Assembly: GCA_965198175.1 (NCBI GenBank)
Contig: OZ240245.1
Coordinates: 3,616,001-3,680,000, forward strand
Direction: 5' to 3'
Length of the DNA stretch: 64,000 nt
DNA from: Candidatus Poribacteria bacterium
GTDB taxonomy: Bacteria; Poribacteria; WGA-4E; PCPOR2b
A program made the translations under genes and the position numbers. Below the pieces are notes generated by a model. The model was not told the DNA's origin and made no database searches. It saw only the letters and a program-made list of their open reading frames with translations. Shown piece by piece: positions 20,896-31,523 of the stretch; position 1 is the first letter of the stretch; each line of letters starts with the position of its first letter.

Positions 20896-22344
20896 TCAGA
20901 GCGGTTTCTCCCTTTTTGCGATGTCTACAACGGCGGGAAGTAAACCGTAAATTAGCCAGAAGGGCACACCAATTCTATCTCCGTTTAACAGGTTGTTGAC
21001 GATAAAATGGACTAGCAGTGATAATTCTGCTGCCATCAGACCGACGATGATAAATCGATAAAATCCATCTTCGATATGTGGAACTGCACGTAGTCCAAAG
21101 CGGAAGAAAGCGACGATCACCCACACCCAGACCGCAAAGCCCACAATACCCAACTCCGCTAGAACTTGCAGATATTCGCTATGCGCCCCCAGCCGATATT
21201 GCGCCACAAATTCCCCTATGAGAGAAATGCTTGGCTCATAGGTCATGGCAAAAGCACCGTATCCGTTCCCAATAATTGGACTCTGTAGGAACATAATAAA
21301 CGCTTGGCCCCAGCGGAGTAATCGCGATTGATTGGACGCAAACTGCAGGCTGAATGCAGTTGAGATTCGATTCAATATGAGATCGGAGACACCGGGCAAG
21401 GCAAATATAAAAATCACAAGCCCCCCAATCAATACGACAAACAGGATTTTTTTGTGTTGCTCACCAGTCTGCATCAGCAGAAAAACAACTGACACAACGA
21501 CCGACAGCCATACACCTCGTGAGAAACACATCATGAGCCCCACACTGAAGATAATCAGTAAACCGCTCCACAACACCCGATCGTATGGTGTGCGATCCAG
21601 TAGCAATCGGCTGAGTACGATTAAGAAGAAGATTGCCGTGAACGAGCCGTAAACAGAGTAGTTCGTGAATGGTGAGCCTCGATAAGCAGTGGTCCATTGC
21701 CACTGATCGATATTGTAGATTAACACAATCGCTGTCCAGACAACTGCGATTGATGCAGAAGGGAACGCGGCAACAAAGAGCATTCGCAGATCACGACGGT
21801 TCTTAATCAATTCATAAGCCAAGAAACTCGACATTATGTAAACAACAGCCCGAAACGCACCTTTGACCGAGACAAAGAATTGAGGGGCGTTGAATGTCGG
21901 TAGAAAGTGCACGAAAATAAAAAAACACAGAGGCACGCGGAATGGGAAGCGCTCACCAGTTACATCATCACTCTCGTGCTGTTTCGGACGTATTGCTCGG
22001 TCAACAACCTTCCTGATGAGAAAGGCGAACACAAGCATTCCCAATAGCGGTTCAGTGGGCGTCTGGACTTCGGCTTCAGCGGGAAGAATGTAGCGAAACG
22101 AGAAGGGCAAGCAGACTAGCATCGCGTAGAGCGTGAAATCCATCGACATGAACACCAAAAACCCTACGATTGCTAGACCGAGCAAGATGACAATGAGAGA
22201 CTCGTCATGAATTGCCAGTGTCGCGCCGAGCAGAATACAGCCGGCTGCATAGGCGACTAGATAAGAGAGGTGTTTTAGACTCTTGGAATAATGGGCTAGG
22301 TCAGCTTGCATTCTCAATAGACTGAAAAGGATTACAATCCACAA
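20896..22344 (-). CDS. O-antigen ligase family membrane protein
   Basis: Many TM helices, FSRGVW, R...W......PIIGNGYG, AHSEYLQVLAELG. Confidence 0.85.
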   Translation of the reverse strand: MWIVILFSLLRMQADLAHYSKSLKHLSYLVAYAAGCILLGATLAIHDESLIVILLGLAIVGFLVFMSMDFTLYAMLVCLPFSFRYILPAEAEVQTPTEPLLGMLVFAFLIRKVVDRAIRPKQHESDDVTGERFPFRVPLCFFIFVHFLPTFNAPQFFVSVKGAFRAVVYIMSSFLAYELIKNRRDLRMLFVAAFPSASIAVVWTAIVLIYNIDQWQWTTAYRGSPFTNYSVYGSFTAIFFLIVLSRLLLDRTPYDRVLWSGLLIIFSVGLMMCFSRGVWLSVVVSVVFLLMQTGEQHKKILFVVLIGGLVIFIFALPGVSDLILNRISTAFSLQFASNQSRLLRWGQAFIMFLQSPIIGNGYGAFAMTYEPSISLIGEFVAQYRLGAHSEYLQVLAELGIVGFAVWVWVIVAFFRFGLRAVPHIEDGFYRFIIVGLMAAELSLLVHFIVNNLLNGDRIGVPFWLIYGLLPAVVDIAKREKPL

Positions 22345-22611
22345 TATCGACTGGGCATGACGCCATCATCAAGCGGGTCAGTTGTGCCGAATCTGCGAGA
22401 TAATCCTGACGTAAATGGTGGGGGGATTGGCGGGAAGCCGAGGATGTGAATTGCCCATGGGTTTAACGACCATTTAGGAGGGCGTTACCAACCGTCCCAA
22501 TCGTTTTGCTAGTTCCGTCGTTCTAGGTCATTTTCGACGACATTGGCTATACTGCTAACCGTTCAGGGTGCACTGTTGACCACTAGTAGTTTCGTGCAAG
22601 ACTGGCTTTGT

Positions 22612-23346
22612 TTAGTGAATCTTAAGCACTCCCCACGTTGCCGCTAAGTTGCCTTTCGTTTGCACTGCGATTTCTGTCTCTTCGGTTGCAACATCATAGC
22701 TGATGAGCTCAAAGATAACATCACTCGAACTAATCGCTTTCACGAGACCGACATTCGGGGCTAACCACATCGTCATGCTCAGGTCTACGTTCCCACCAAT
22801 TGGTAGGATGTTCATGACATCCTGCTCGATTTTCAGGGAATTTGGGAAGCTGCCCGCCGGAACAGTGATATCGTCAATCGCAACAACTTCCGAGTCAGTG
22901 GTGCTGTTAATCTGACCGAGAAGCGGGATTGAGGCTTCACCTTCGATGGTCCACTTCGTGCCGAGATCTATTGTATTCGGCAGAAAAAACTGTGGCGGCG
23001 AATAGTCGAAGATAATCTCTCCGAACAGAGCGACATTCGCAATCAGGCGGTACAGTTTAATCCCGTCCGGCTCCGTTTTGACATAGAGTCGATTCGTATC
23101 AGCGTTTGTTTGATCGGCAATGATTTTGAGTTCTTCTCCGTTGACGATTTCGGGACCTTCAATCGTCACGATTCTATCATCAACACCATCAGTGCTGCGT
23201 AAACGCCATGTATTTCCGAATTCATCAGGATAATAGTTTTGGGCATCGCTTTGTGAAGCGAAATTGCAAACGCCCGCAATACAAAAGGCGCAGAAGACTG
23301 GGAAAAATAGCCGAAACAACATGTTTTCCTTCGACAGAATCATCAT
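22612..23346 (-). CDS. Secreted hypothetical protein with C-terminal TWG motif
   Basis: Signal peptide, ITVPAGSF...WLAPNVGLVK, ends AVQTKGNLAATWGVLKIH. Confidence 0.75.
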   Translation of the reverse strand: MMILSKENMLFRLFFPVFCAFCIAGVCNFASQSDAQNYYPDEFGNTWRLRSTDGVDDRIVTIEGPEIVNGEELKIIADQTNADTNRLYVKTEPDGIKLYRLIANVALFGEIIFDYSPPQFFLPNTIDLGTKWTIEGEASIPLLGQINSTTDSEVVAIDDITVPAGSFPNSLKIEQDVMNILPIGGNVDLSMTMWLAPNVGLVKAISSSDVIFELISYDVATEETEIAVQTKGNLAATWGVLKIH

Positions 23347-23377
23347 GCAACTCCTAGCCTGTTTTTAAGAATTTTAA

Positions 23378-24430
23378 TTACAACTGAACATCGACATGCG
23401 AAAGCTGCCAGAAGACGATCTTCCAACCGGATTCCTCTTTGCTAAAATCCATCTGGCATTCCGCTGTGAGGCGGCGCATATCAAGTCGAGGCTCTTTCTG
23501 CGAGATAACGTCAAGGACAAGCCGCGAGGATACCTCTCGGGCGTGAACCACATCCACCTGAATATCGTGGAACTGAAATTCAATTGTGCGATACTTTTCA
23601 AATAGCTCAGTTACTAATGGGATAACATGATTGAAGTCCGCAGGAATGGTGCCCGCAGCTACCCCGAATTGCGTGATTGGATCGTCCGCAGCTCGGTAAG
23701 CTTCCGAAAATTGGTTCTGGATGGCTTCGATGTTATTCGCATCCGTCGACTCAATCAAAGCTGAAAAGCCGTTGAGAAATTGCCCGATTTCCGCTTCCGG
23801 GTTTGTCAACAGTCTCAGGGAAATCCTCAACGCAAGGCGTTCAACATCTAGCGTAAACGTCTGCGTTTTTCCTTCGTAATCCGCATCTTTGACAGTCAAA
23901 TTTAAGCCTTCCGAATAAGGGATCTGTATGAAGTTGTACCTTCCGTCGCTGTCAGTTGCCACTGTCTGATCCAATAAGGTGACCAACGCCCCAGGGATAG
24001 GATTACCCATCCTTGTATCGGTAACAGTGCCAGACACAGCGCCCAATAACCGGTTCAAGGAAACATCCACTGTGAGATTTTCAGCATTGAGTACGAAGGT
24101 CCGTGTTCGACTCTCGTAGTGGGTTGCTTCAACGGTTAGATTTAAGGTGTCTGAGCGGCGGATGCGCGTAAAGACATACCTCCCCTCATTGTCGGCTTCG
24201 ACACGCTGATTCAATAGAGTGACGGTTGCTCCAGGGATAGGATTTCCCGTCCCTGCGTCGGCGATAACACCCGACACGTCGCCAAATGTCGTTTCTTCCG
24301 GCTGCTGGATAATAGTGGCTGGCGTGTCGTCACTGCAGCCGCCCCAAGCAGCTGCTAAACTGAGTAACGCTAGAAACCGGAAACTGCTATGGTAATTCAT
24401 CCTCGTCACCTGCGATGTTGCGGATGACAA
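23378..24430 (-). CDS. Lipoprotein with two carboxypeptidase-regulatory-like (transthyretin-fold) repeats
   Basis: Lipobox-like WGGC; duplicated VSG.V.D...GNPIPGA.VTL...D.EGRY.F. Confidence 0.8.
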   Translation of the reverse strand: MSSATSQVTRMNYHSSFRFLALLSLAAAWGGCSDDTPATIIQQPEETTFGDVSGVIADAGTGNPIPGATVTLLNQRVEADNEGRYVFTRIRRSDTLNLTVEATHYESRTRTFVLNAENLTVDVSLNRLLGAVSGTVTDTRMGNPIPGALVTLLDQTVATDSDGRYNFIQIPYSEGLNLTVKDADYEGKTQTFTLDVERLALRISLRLLTNPEAEIGQFLNGFSALIESTDANNIEAIQNQFSEAYRAADDPITQFGVAAGTIPADFNHVIPLVTELFEKYRTIEFQFHDIQVDVVHAREVSSRLVLDVISQKEPRLDMRRLTAECQMDFSKEESGWKIVFWQLSHVDVQL

Positions 24431-24475
24431 AGCAAACTTTCATCACTGACTAGAGATTGCCTTCCATTTTGAAAT

Positions 24476-25618
24476 CTAACCTGCTGCGATGCCAACCGAT
24501 TCAATCTGTGCTCTGCGGATGGCTTCGCACAAGTAGGTGATGCCTTCGGGAATATCATCAACATGGCAATAGGCGTAGGCGAGGCGGATACACTTGATGG
24601 GAAGGCTGTGATAGTGGAACGCGCTACCGTGCGTGAAACCAACATTATTCTCCGCTGCGAGCGTTTCTAGCTTTTCCATATCCGTTGTTTCTGGTAGATG
24701 CATCCAGAGAAAAAGCCCGCCTTGTGGGTTTGTCCACGTACAGATGTCGCTGACGTTTCTGCGAAGCGTGTTGATGACGGCGCGACACTTCGCACCTACG
24801 GCGGCATTCGTTAAAGCGAGATGTTCATCGAGGTGTTTCTTGAAGAACTTTGCCACAATTGCGCTTGCCAGGGCACTTGTTCCGGCATCCCAGCGGTTCT
24901 CATGAATCATGCCGTGATACGGCGGTCTAGCAACGAAATATCCCTGACGTACGCCGGCGCCGAGTATTTTTGAAAACGTTGCGACAAAAATGACGCGGTT
25001 GGCATGGTCGAGCTTGAACAGTGAATCGGGCGTCGGGTTAGGTTCGAAGTTAATGTCGCCATAACAATCGTCCTCCACAATCAAGGTATCGTATTCATTC
25101 GCCAGCGCTAACATCCGTTTGCGGCGTTCCAGCGAAAGAATAGCGCCCGTTGGGTTTTGGTGATTTGGGGTCGTGTAGATTAACTTGGGGCGGATGTGCT
25201 TCGCCCTTAAATCTTTAAGAATCGCCTCAAGCGCCTCCATGTTCATGCCATCAGTGTAGTCTATCGGTACACCCACAAGATTCGCATTGAGGTGCCTCAA
25301 GAGACCGAGCGTTCCGCTGTAGGTTAGCTCTTCGGTCAGAACGGTATCCCCTGGATTGATGAAAGTCCTCAGGACAAGATCTAGTGCCTGCATGGAACCG
25401 GACGTGATTGACATGTTATCAATGGGTAGCGACACGCCTTCTCGCCTTTCAAAGCGCACTGAAGCCAACTCGCGCAAGCCGCGATATCCACTGTCGCCCG
25501 GATAGTTGACGAGACTGCCGCCTAACTCGCGCAGCGCCTCAGCACTTGCCTCAATCAACCCCTCTGTTGGAAAGGTGTACGGGTCAGGGCGTCCCCCGGT
25601 AAACGCAAAGTCTTTCAT
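24476..25618 (-). CDS. PLP-dependent aminotransferase class I/II (MocR/aminoadipate type)
   Basis: HQNPTG, IVEDDCY, TFSKILGAGVR.G, GGLFLW. Confidence 0.9.
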   Translation of the reverse strand: MKDFAFTGGRPDPYTFPTEGLIEASAEALRELGGSLVNYPGDSGYRGLRELASVRFERREGVSLPIDNMSITSGSMQALDLVLRTFINPGDTVLTEELTYSGTLGLLRHLNANLVGVPIDYTDGMNMEALEAILKDLRAKHIRPKLIYTTPNHQNPTGAILSLERRKRMLALANEYDTLIVEDDCYGDINFEPNPTPDSLFKLDHANRVIFVATFSKILGAGVRQGYFVARPPYHGMIHENRWDAGTSALASAIVAKFFKKHLDEHLALTNAAVGAKCRAVINTLRRNVSDICTWTNPQGGLFLWMHLPETTDMEKLETLAAENNVGFTHGSAFHYHSLPIKCIRLAYAYCHVDDIPEGITYLCEAIRRAQIESVGIAAG

Positions 25619-25903
25619 ACGAATTCCCTCCGTTCAAAAGCTCGCCTTTTGCTTGGAGTTCAGTGATGGATGTAAGCAACATCAACAATTATACCACAAA
25701 AGACAAGAAAATCCTATATCAAAAGATTTAACCGTTCAGAGGCAAAATCTTCGAAACGCCTAATAAAATCACGGATATCCGTGACATACACATAAGCGGT
25801 GGGCGTTATGGTTTGCGTTAATCGAGATATTCATGTTATAATTAAGGTGATTTATCCTCCACGGAATTAGATTATCTAGCCCCGAGAAGGAAGGAACCTC
25901 CGA

Positions 25904-26362
25904 ATGGCTTACTATATTACAGACGAATGCGTTGGGTGTATGGCATGTCTGACGAATTGTCCTGTTGATGCAATTACGGGCGAACGCAATAAACTGCATG
26001 ATATAGATCCGGATATCTGTATCGATTGCAGTGCTTGTGGGATGGTGTGCCCGGTCGAAGCAATTCGAGATCAGTATGGAAATGTCTGCAAATTTATTAG
26101 ACGCCCAACCAACCGACCGATCGCTGTAATTTATGAAGAACTCTGCTCCGGTTGTGATTTCTGCGTACACATTTGCCCGTGGGATTGCCTTGAACTGATA
26201 GATCCAGAAACAGGGGAACACGCTGAAAGTTTCTTTGGGATTTGTGAGCTTGTCAAACCCAAGGATTGTGTTGGCTGTAAACTGTGCGAAGAAGTTTGCA
26301 TTAAGGATGCAATCCGCGTTGAGTCGCCGGTTCTGACTCAGTTGGAGGAAGCGGCGGATTAA
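25904..26362 (+). CDS. Polyferredoxin (four 4Fe-4S motifs)
   Basis: Four CxxCxxCxxxC motifs; AGGAAGGA RBS. Confidence 0.9.
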   Translation: MAYYITDECVGCMACLTNCPVDAITGERNKLHDIDPDICIDCSACGMVCPVEAIRDQYGNVCKFIRRPTNRPIAVIYEELCSGCDFCVHICPWDCLELIDPETGEHAESFFGICELVKPKDCVGCKLCEEVCIKDAIRVESPVLTQLEEAAD

Positions 26363-26365
26363 TCG

Positions 26366-27250
26366 ATGATTAAAAGCATGACGGGTTACAGTCGATGCTC
26401 GTCTGAAACCCGGTTCGGCGCACTGACTATTGAGCTGAAAGCGTGGAACCATCGATACTGCAACGTTACTGTACGCACACCAAACCCCCTCTCTCAATTT
26501 GAACATCGCATCCAGAGTCTGATAAGAAATCGCGTCTCCAGAGGACAAATTCAAGTTTCAGTCGAGTTAGTGAAGACTACTGCATCTTCAGATGATAGCC
26601 TCGTTCTTAATTTGGCGTTGGCGAAGCAGTATCACCAGAAACTTGTGCGGCTACAAAACGAATTGGATTTGAAAAATGATATTTCGGTTGGTCTTTTGGC
26701 ACGCCTGCCTGGCATCTTTGTCCTTCAGGAACCGAATGTGGGAGAAGAAGAGACATGGACTGAACTACAATCCACGCTAGAAACCGCACTGGAACAACTG
26801 AACGGAACGAGACAAACCGAAGGCAGCGCGATGTACGAATCGTTAAACGAACACCTCTGTGCAGTGCGTTTCCTAGCGAAAGCAGTTCGATCCAGCAGTG
26901 AGGGTGTAATACAGGCTGTTCAGGAAAAACTTGAAGCTCGTCTAGATGAACTGCTTCAGGGCCGCATAGAGATTGCTCCGGAGCGCCTTGTGATGGAAGC
27001 AGGTGTAATTGCATCCCGATCAGATATTACCGAAGAGCTGGTCCGACTCGATAGCCATTGCGACCAGTTTGAGCAATCTCTACAGGTGAGCGAACCGGTT
27101 GGTCGGCAGCTTGATTTTTTGGTTCAAGAGATGAATAGAGAGGTGAATACCATCGCCTCAAAAACATCATCATCGTCTACGTCCTCCCGCTGTGTCTCAC
27201 TCAAAACAGAGATTGAAAAAATTCGGGAGTTGGTTCAGAATGTGGAGTGA
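26366..27250 (+). CDS. yicC: YicC/YloC family endoribonuclease
   Basis: MIKSMTGY, NHRY, DITEELVRL.SH, GR.LDFLVQEMNRE.NTIASK, EKIRE.VQNVE. Confidence 0.95.
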   Translation: MIKSMTGYSRCSSETRFGALTIELKAWNHRYCNVTVRTPNPLSQFEHRIQSLIRNRVSRGQIQVSVELVKTTASSDDSLVLNLALAKQYHQKLVRLQNELDLKNDISVGLLARLPGIFVLQEPNVGEEETWTELQSTLETALEQLNGTRQTEGSAMYESLNEHLCAVRFLAKAVRSSSEGVIQAVQEKLEARLDELLQGRIEIAPERLVMEAGVIASRSDITEELVRLDSHCDQFEQSLQVSEPVGRQLDFLVQEMNREVNTIASKTSSSSTSSRCVSLKTEIEKIRELVQNVE

Positions 27251-27887
27251 ACAGATCTCCCGACAGGGGTTACTCATCGTTATCTCGGGACCTTCTGGAT
27301 CTGGCAAAACCAGTGTCGTCAAAGCGCTCTGCCAAGCAGAGCCGACGTTGACGCACTCCATATCCGCAACAACACGCCCACCTCGCCCCGGTGAAGTTGA
27401 TGGGGTCAACTACCATTTTTTATCCTCCTCCGAATTTGAGGCGTTAATCCAGCAGCGTGGGTTTCTGGAATCAGCAAAATATGGGGACCACCACTACGGT
27501 ACACTGAAATCGGAGGTTGATCCCAAAATAACAGAAGGCAAAGATGTCGTCCTAGAAATTGATGTACACGGTGGAATGCAGGTCAAGTCGCTTTCTCTGA
27601 AGCGCGTAAGCATCTTTATTCTGCCGCCCTCCTTCGCGGTTTTGGAAAAACGACTTCGCGGTCGAAAAACCGAATCCACTCTGGAACTCCAGCAGCGCCT
27701 GCAGGGAGCTAAATCAGAGATTGCGTACATGAAAGACTATGATTATTGCGTCGTCAATCTGGAAAACAGCATAGAGCAAACTGTCCAAAATCTCCGTTCC
27801 ATCATCGCTGCCGAGCGTTGCCGAATCGACAACCAGCTTCTAAAGGCGATTTCTCAGGAATTTCCCCCACCTGCGCTTCCTAGTTAA
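27240..27887 (+). CDS. gmk: Guanylate kinase
   Basis: ISGPSGSGKT, TTRPPRPGEVDGVNYHF, YGT, EIDVHG; follows yicC. Confidence 0.95.
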   Translation: MWSEQISRQGLLIVISGPSGSGKTSVVKALCQAEPTLTHSISATTRPPRPGEVDGVNYHFLSSSEFEALIQQRGFLESAKYGDHHYGTLKSEVDPKITEGKDVVLEIDVHGGMQVKSLSLKRVSIFILPPSFAVLEKRLRGRKTESTLELQQRLQGAKSEIAYMKDYDYCVVNLENSIEQTVQNLRSIIAAERCRIDNQLLKAISQEFPPPALPS

Positions 27888-27947
27888 TTTCTCAACTTCA
27901 GCTAGGGTTTCGCCCAATAAGAGACACTCTATCTACAAAGTAATCAG

Positions 27948-28754
27948 ATGAGTACCTCACGAAATCGAAAACCCCACGCCGCCGATGCGAGCTCTCAACA
28001 GTCGCCGAAGCGAACTAGAAAACAACGGCGGCAGTCGCAGCAGGAGGGAGAACTACAACAAATGCACCTCGCCGATAGCTGCGGCACTGAGAGAAAGCGT
28101 ACAATAAAACGTGTGGCGGCTTGGTCAGGCTTGCTTCTTGGGTTGGTTTTCTTGGTACTCGGGCTGATTTACTTCACGGATAACCCCGAACCGGAAATGG
28201 CAACGCAGGGACTTCATCCGGTTCCGAAATCTGGCAGGGTCATCGGCAATCCCGACGCTCCGATTAGTTTAGTTGAATATAGCGATTATCAGTGCCGTCG
28301 GTGCGCATACTATCACGTGATTATCACACAGCTCGTGGAAGAGTTGGGCGACGAGTTTCGACTCATCTTTCGCCACTACCCGCTGCGAAACCATGCCAAC
28401 GCGAAAGCAGCGGCGACAGCCGCGGAATCTGCGGGTCGTCAAGGCAAATTCTGGGAGATGCATGAAGTACTGCTTTCCCAACAGGAGCAGTGGGCAAAGA
28501 AAGAGCTGACAGAAGCATTCGAGATCTTTTTGCAATATGCGACTACGCTGAACTTAGATGTGAACCAATTTCAAGAAGATTTTCTCTCGCAAGAAATTAT
28601 CGACAAGGTCAACGACGACTATCAGGAGGGTCGCCGCGCCGGCGTTCGGTCAACACCAACCTTCTTCCTGAATGGTCAGAAAGTCATCAATAAACCGCCC
28701 ACATATGAGGAATTTAAGGCGCTTATCCTCGAAACTAAATCTGAACTCAATTAA
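27948..28754 (+). CDS. DsbA-family thioredoxin-fold oxidoreductase
   Basis: GNPDAP..LVEYSDYQCRRC, FRHYPL, GV..TPTFF.NG; one TM anchor. Confidence 0.9.
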   Translation: MSTSRNRKPHAADASSQQSPKRTRKQRRQSQQEGELQQMHLADSCGTERKRTIKRVAAWSGLLLGLVFLVLGLIYFTDNPEPEMATQGLHPVPKSGRVIGNPDAPISLVEYSDYQCRRCAYYHVIITQLVEELGDEFRLIFRHYPLRNHANAKAAATAAESAGRQGKFWEMHEVLLSQQEQWAKKELTEAFEIFLQYATTLNLDVNQFQEDFLSQEIIDKVNDDYQEGRRAGVRSTPTFFLNGQKVINKPPTYEEFKALILETKSELN

Positions 28755-29211
28755 ATTGATTACGGCGGGCTGGTTGACGATTAGTCTGATTGGCTTCGTA
28801 GACGCCACGTATCTCACCATTCAACATTATCGCGGCGCTTCGCTGGACTGCTATGTTCTGAGAGATTGTGAGGAGGTCACCACTAGCGAATACGCGACAA
28901 TTGGATCAATCCCCATCGCCTTGTTGGGCGCACTTTACTATGTGTCTATCATTTTCTTAACTGCGGCGTATTTAGACACAAAACACACCCGCCTGTTAAC
29001 AATCATCCCTCTTTTAACAACTTTGGGCTTTCTGGTGTCGCTCATCTTGGTTTATCTGCAAATTGTTGTCATCCGCGCCCTCTGTTCATACTGTCTTCTC
29101 TCCGCTCTTGCATCCACAGCACTTTTTATTTTGGCTGCGATTTCTGTAAAAACCTCTAGAAAATTAACGGCAAGTTCGCAAATGTTGCGCGTCGATCGAA
29201 ACAGGATATGA
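28672..29211 (+). CDS. Vitamin K epoxide reductase (VKOR) family protein
   Basis: C....C..V.TS.Y loop and C-terminal CSYC motif; adjacent to DsbA; start uncertain. Confidence 0.9.
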   Translation: MVRKSSINRPHMRNLRRLSSKLNLNSIKLITAGWLTISLIGFVDATYLTIQHYRGASLDCYVLRDCEEVTTSEYATIGSIPIALLGALYYVSIIFLTAAYLDTKHTRLLTIIPLLTTLGFLVSLILVYLQIVVIRALCSYCLLSALASTALFILAAISVKTSRKLTASSQMLRVDRNRI

Positions 29212-29269
29212 TGTCAATTGCATTAATTTCAAGCCGAGGCGCGAAGGTGATTACTGTGGAGGAACTGAC

Positions 29270-29740
29270 GTGTTAGGATTACACCAAGAAACTCTAGATC
29301 AGATCCACGCGCACGCAATCGCGGAATTCCCCCACGAATGCTGCGGCGTCATCCTGAGCGATGGCGATCAAGAATATGTCAGAAAGTGTACTAATATACA
29401 GAATGTGCGCCATGCCGAAGATCCGGGAACATATACACGCGATGCGCGGACAGCGTATCTTATAGATCCAAACGATTTGATTAGCGTGCACAAAGAGTCC
29501 GAGACCGAAAACCGACCGTTCAAGGCATTTTATCACTCACATCCCAACCACGATGCGTACTTTTCTGCTAAAGACAAAGAAGACGCGACAGCTTGGGGAG
29601 AACCGGCATATCCTGATGCGGCTTACATCGTAATCTCAATTTATGATCGGGCGATTAACACTACGCGAGCTTATGCTTGGCGTGAAGCGGAAGGGGATTT
29701 TGTCGAGGTACCGATAAACGTGAAGCGTGGGTCGTTGTAG
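29270..29740 (+). CDS. JAMM/Mov34 (Mec/CysO-Cys peptidase-like) metalloprotease
   Basis: PHECCG and YHSHP....FS..D JAMM motif. Confidence 0.9.
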   Translation: MLGLHQETLDQIHAHAIAEFPHECCGVILSDGDQEYVRKCTNIQNVRHAEDPGTYTRDARTAYLIDPNDLISVHKESETENRPFKAFYHSHPNHDAYFSAKDKEDATAWGEPAYPDAAYIVISIYDRAINTTRAYAWREAEGDFVEVPINVKRGSL

Positions 29741-29780
29741 CTAAGTATTTGATTCATCAATTCTAACAGGGACCGAAAAC

Positions 29781-30020
29781 ATGGCAAATTTGAGAGTTCG
29801 TTTGACTTTTCCTCCAGAGCGAATCACTGAGCCCGTGGTTTACAACATCGGGCATCAATATAATGTTGTCACGAACATCCGGCGTGCCAACGTCACGGCT
29901 GACGAAGGGTGGATAATTCTAGAAATTATCGGCGATGCGGACGAGCTTGAACGGGTTGTTGAGCATCTCAGAAACATTAGAGTACAAGTCGAACCGGTCG
30001 AAGGTGATGTAGTTTTGTAA
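29781..30020 (+). CDS. Stand-alone NIL-domain protein
   Basis: RLTFP...I.EPV.Y......V.TNIRRANV....GW..LE..G. Confidence 0.8.
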   Translation: MANLRVRLTFPPERITEPVVYNIGHQYNVVTNIRRANVTADEGWIILEIIGDADELERVVEHLRNIRVQVEPVEGDVVL

Positions 30021-30423
30021 GGGCGTTGTTTTCGTCTCTGCTCCCCTTATGTGGCGTTGGTGGTGCGGCTTTGACTTTTCAAGGTCGCCGCTAGCACAAT
30101 CGGGAACAAGGTCGAAAAATAGAACCATGTGATACTCGCCATCCGTATTCTTTGCAAGGACATATTCCTTGGGGTTGGTTTCGACCGTGAACAGATTCGG
30201 GTTTCTGGTGAATTCGTCCGGCAACTCCCAGAGCGCAATCGCATAATCCGGAAATTCCGCTTCGGTGAGCATTCTCAACTCAATCCGAAGTCCTTCCTCG
30301 ACCGGCATCCATTTCGGTTTTGATTCCATCCGGCAGGAAAAAGTTAAACGCTATCCCTTCCCCCAACTTTAGCAGCCTGGGACCTGTGGTCCATTGCGGC
30401 ATTTTCAGAAGATTCTTATTCAT
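30021..30423 (-). pseudogene. Probable gene remnant (internal deletion or frameshift)
   Basis: ATG at 30423 gives MNKNLLKMPQWTTGPRLLKLGE... and stops early; a different frame gives a protein-like C-terminal piece that runs antisense into the NIL gene. Confidence 0.3.
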
Positions 30424-30522
30424 GTGATAGCTTTCTTGACATTGCAGTAACGCTTTAATCGCTTAACGCTTCCAGTCCGACTACAGAATAAAGTAGGACG
30501 CAAAAGCGGCGTAAGTTCTGTA

Positions 30523-31170
30523 CTAAAAATCTAAACGAATTAGGGGTTTAACTGTTGAACGGGAGTAGGTTAGATCCGAGACAGTGTCGGAAAAGAACGG
30601 CGCGAAAAACGTATCAAGACAGGATAGGAATTCATTGAGGTTAATCCCCATATACATGCTTGGATTATCAAGGGTGTGCTGCACGCGGCGCACTTTGTCA
30701 CGACCGGCTATTGAAAGACTGCGCAGCGGTCGGAGTTGACGCGAATGATACTTGATGAGCGAAGCGGAAATCTGGATTAGTCCTTGAAGGAACAGACGAT
30801 ATTCATCTTCTGCTTTCTGCCATAACCCCTCCCACGCTTCGTGGGCTTCCCACCAGTACGCGAAGTTGTAAAGGTCGACACCGTATAGGTAATCCTCATT
30901 TTCACGCCACACCTCCGGGGGCGGGATGGGGTCATCGGTTTCTTCATGCACTCCGTAGCTATGTCCATTAACATCGTTGATAGGGTGCGGCGTCACGCCC
31001 GGCACATGGCGATACGGGGGAAAAGAGCGTTGTAGACAGTAACGTATCCAGTCAGGGTCAAATGGCACAGGCTGCGGGATGTGCTGAATCTCATCTCTTA
31101 CCTGTAATTGACCCGAAACACGCCTTCGCCGTCTGAAAAATCCTAATCCTGCAATTTTCATGAAGTTCAC
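30523..31170 (-). CDS. DUF309-domain protein
   Basis: GVDLYN..YWWEAHEAWE.LW.....FLQGLIQ. Confidence 0.85.
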   Translation of the reverse strand: MNFMKIAGLGFFRRRRRVSGQLQVRDEIQHIPQPVPFDPDWIRYCLQRSFPPYRHVPGVTPHPINDVNGHSYGVHEETDDPIPPPEVWRENEDYLYGVDLYNFAYWWEAHEAWEGLWQKAEDEYRLFLQGLIQISASLIKYHSRQLRPLRSLSIAGRDKVRRVQHTLDNPSMYMGINLNEFLSCLDTFFAPFFSDTVSDLTYSRSTVKPLIRLDF

Positions 31171-31238
31171 AACCTCAAGATTGAATCTGTGAGTGATGGC
31201 TTGGGGACGATTGATGGCGGGCTTGGCTTGGAAACTTC

Positions 31239-31508
31239 CTATGCAGCATCATCGCGTTTTTTGTCTAGATCAAAACCGTCCTTTATCCAGTATACAAACT
31301 TGCATATGCCTTTTGGTAAGAAGTATAATCCGACGCTGCCAATTAAGGTGTAAAACAAAATAATCGAAAACCCAACTCCATCCCGAGAATGGAGAAAGTG
31401 TGCCAAACTTAAACAACCTAATATAAATGTCCATAGACCACTTAACGCAACCGAGCAAGCGAAAACAATTCTTCTAACGCCCTCAGATTGAGGTTGCCTG
31501 GGTTTCAA
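31239..31508 (-). CDS. Small two-TM membrane protein
   Basis: GGAGG RBS; homologous to the C-terminus of 34389..35831 (SEGVR...VYWI.DGF..DK). Confidence 0.75.
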   Translation of the reverse strand: MKPRQPQSEGVRRIVFACSVALSGLWTFILGCLSLAHFLHSRDGVGFSIILFYTLIGSVGLYFLPKGICKFVYWIKDGFDLDKKRDDAA

Positions 31509-31523
31509 TCTTGACCTCCGTTT

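Noticed and set aside
25769..26554. 261-aa minus-strand ORF
   Set aside because: Antisense to the clear ferredoxin and yicC genes
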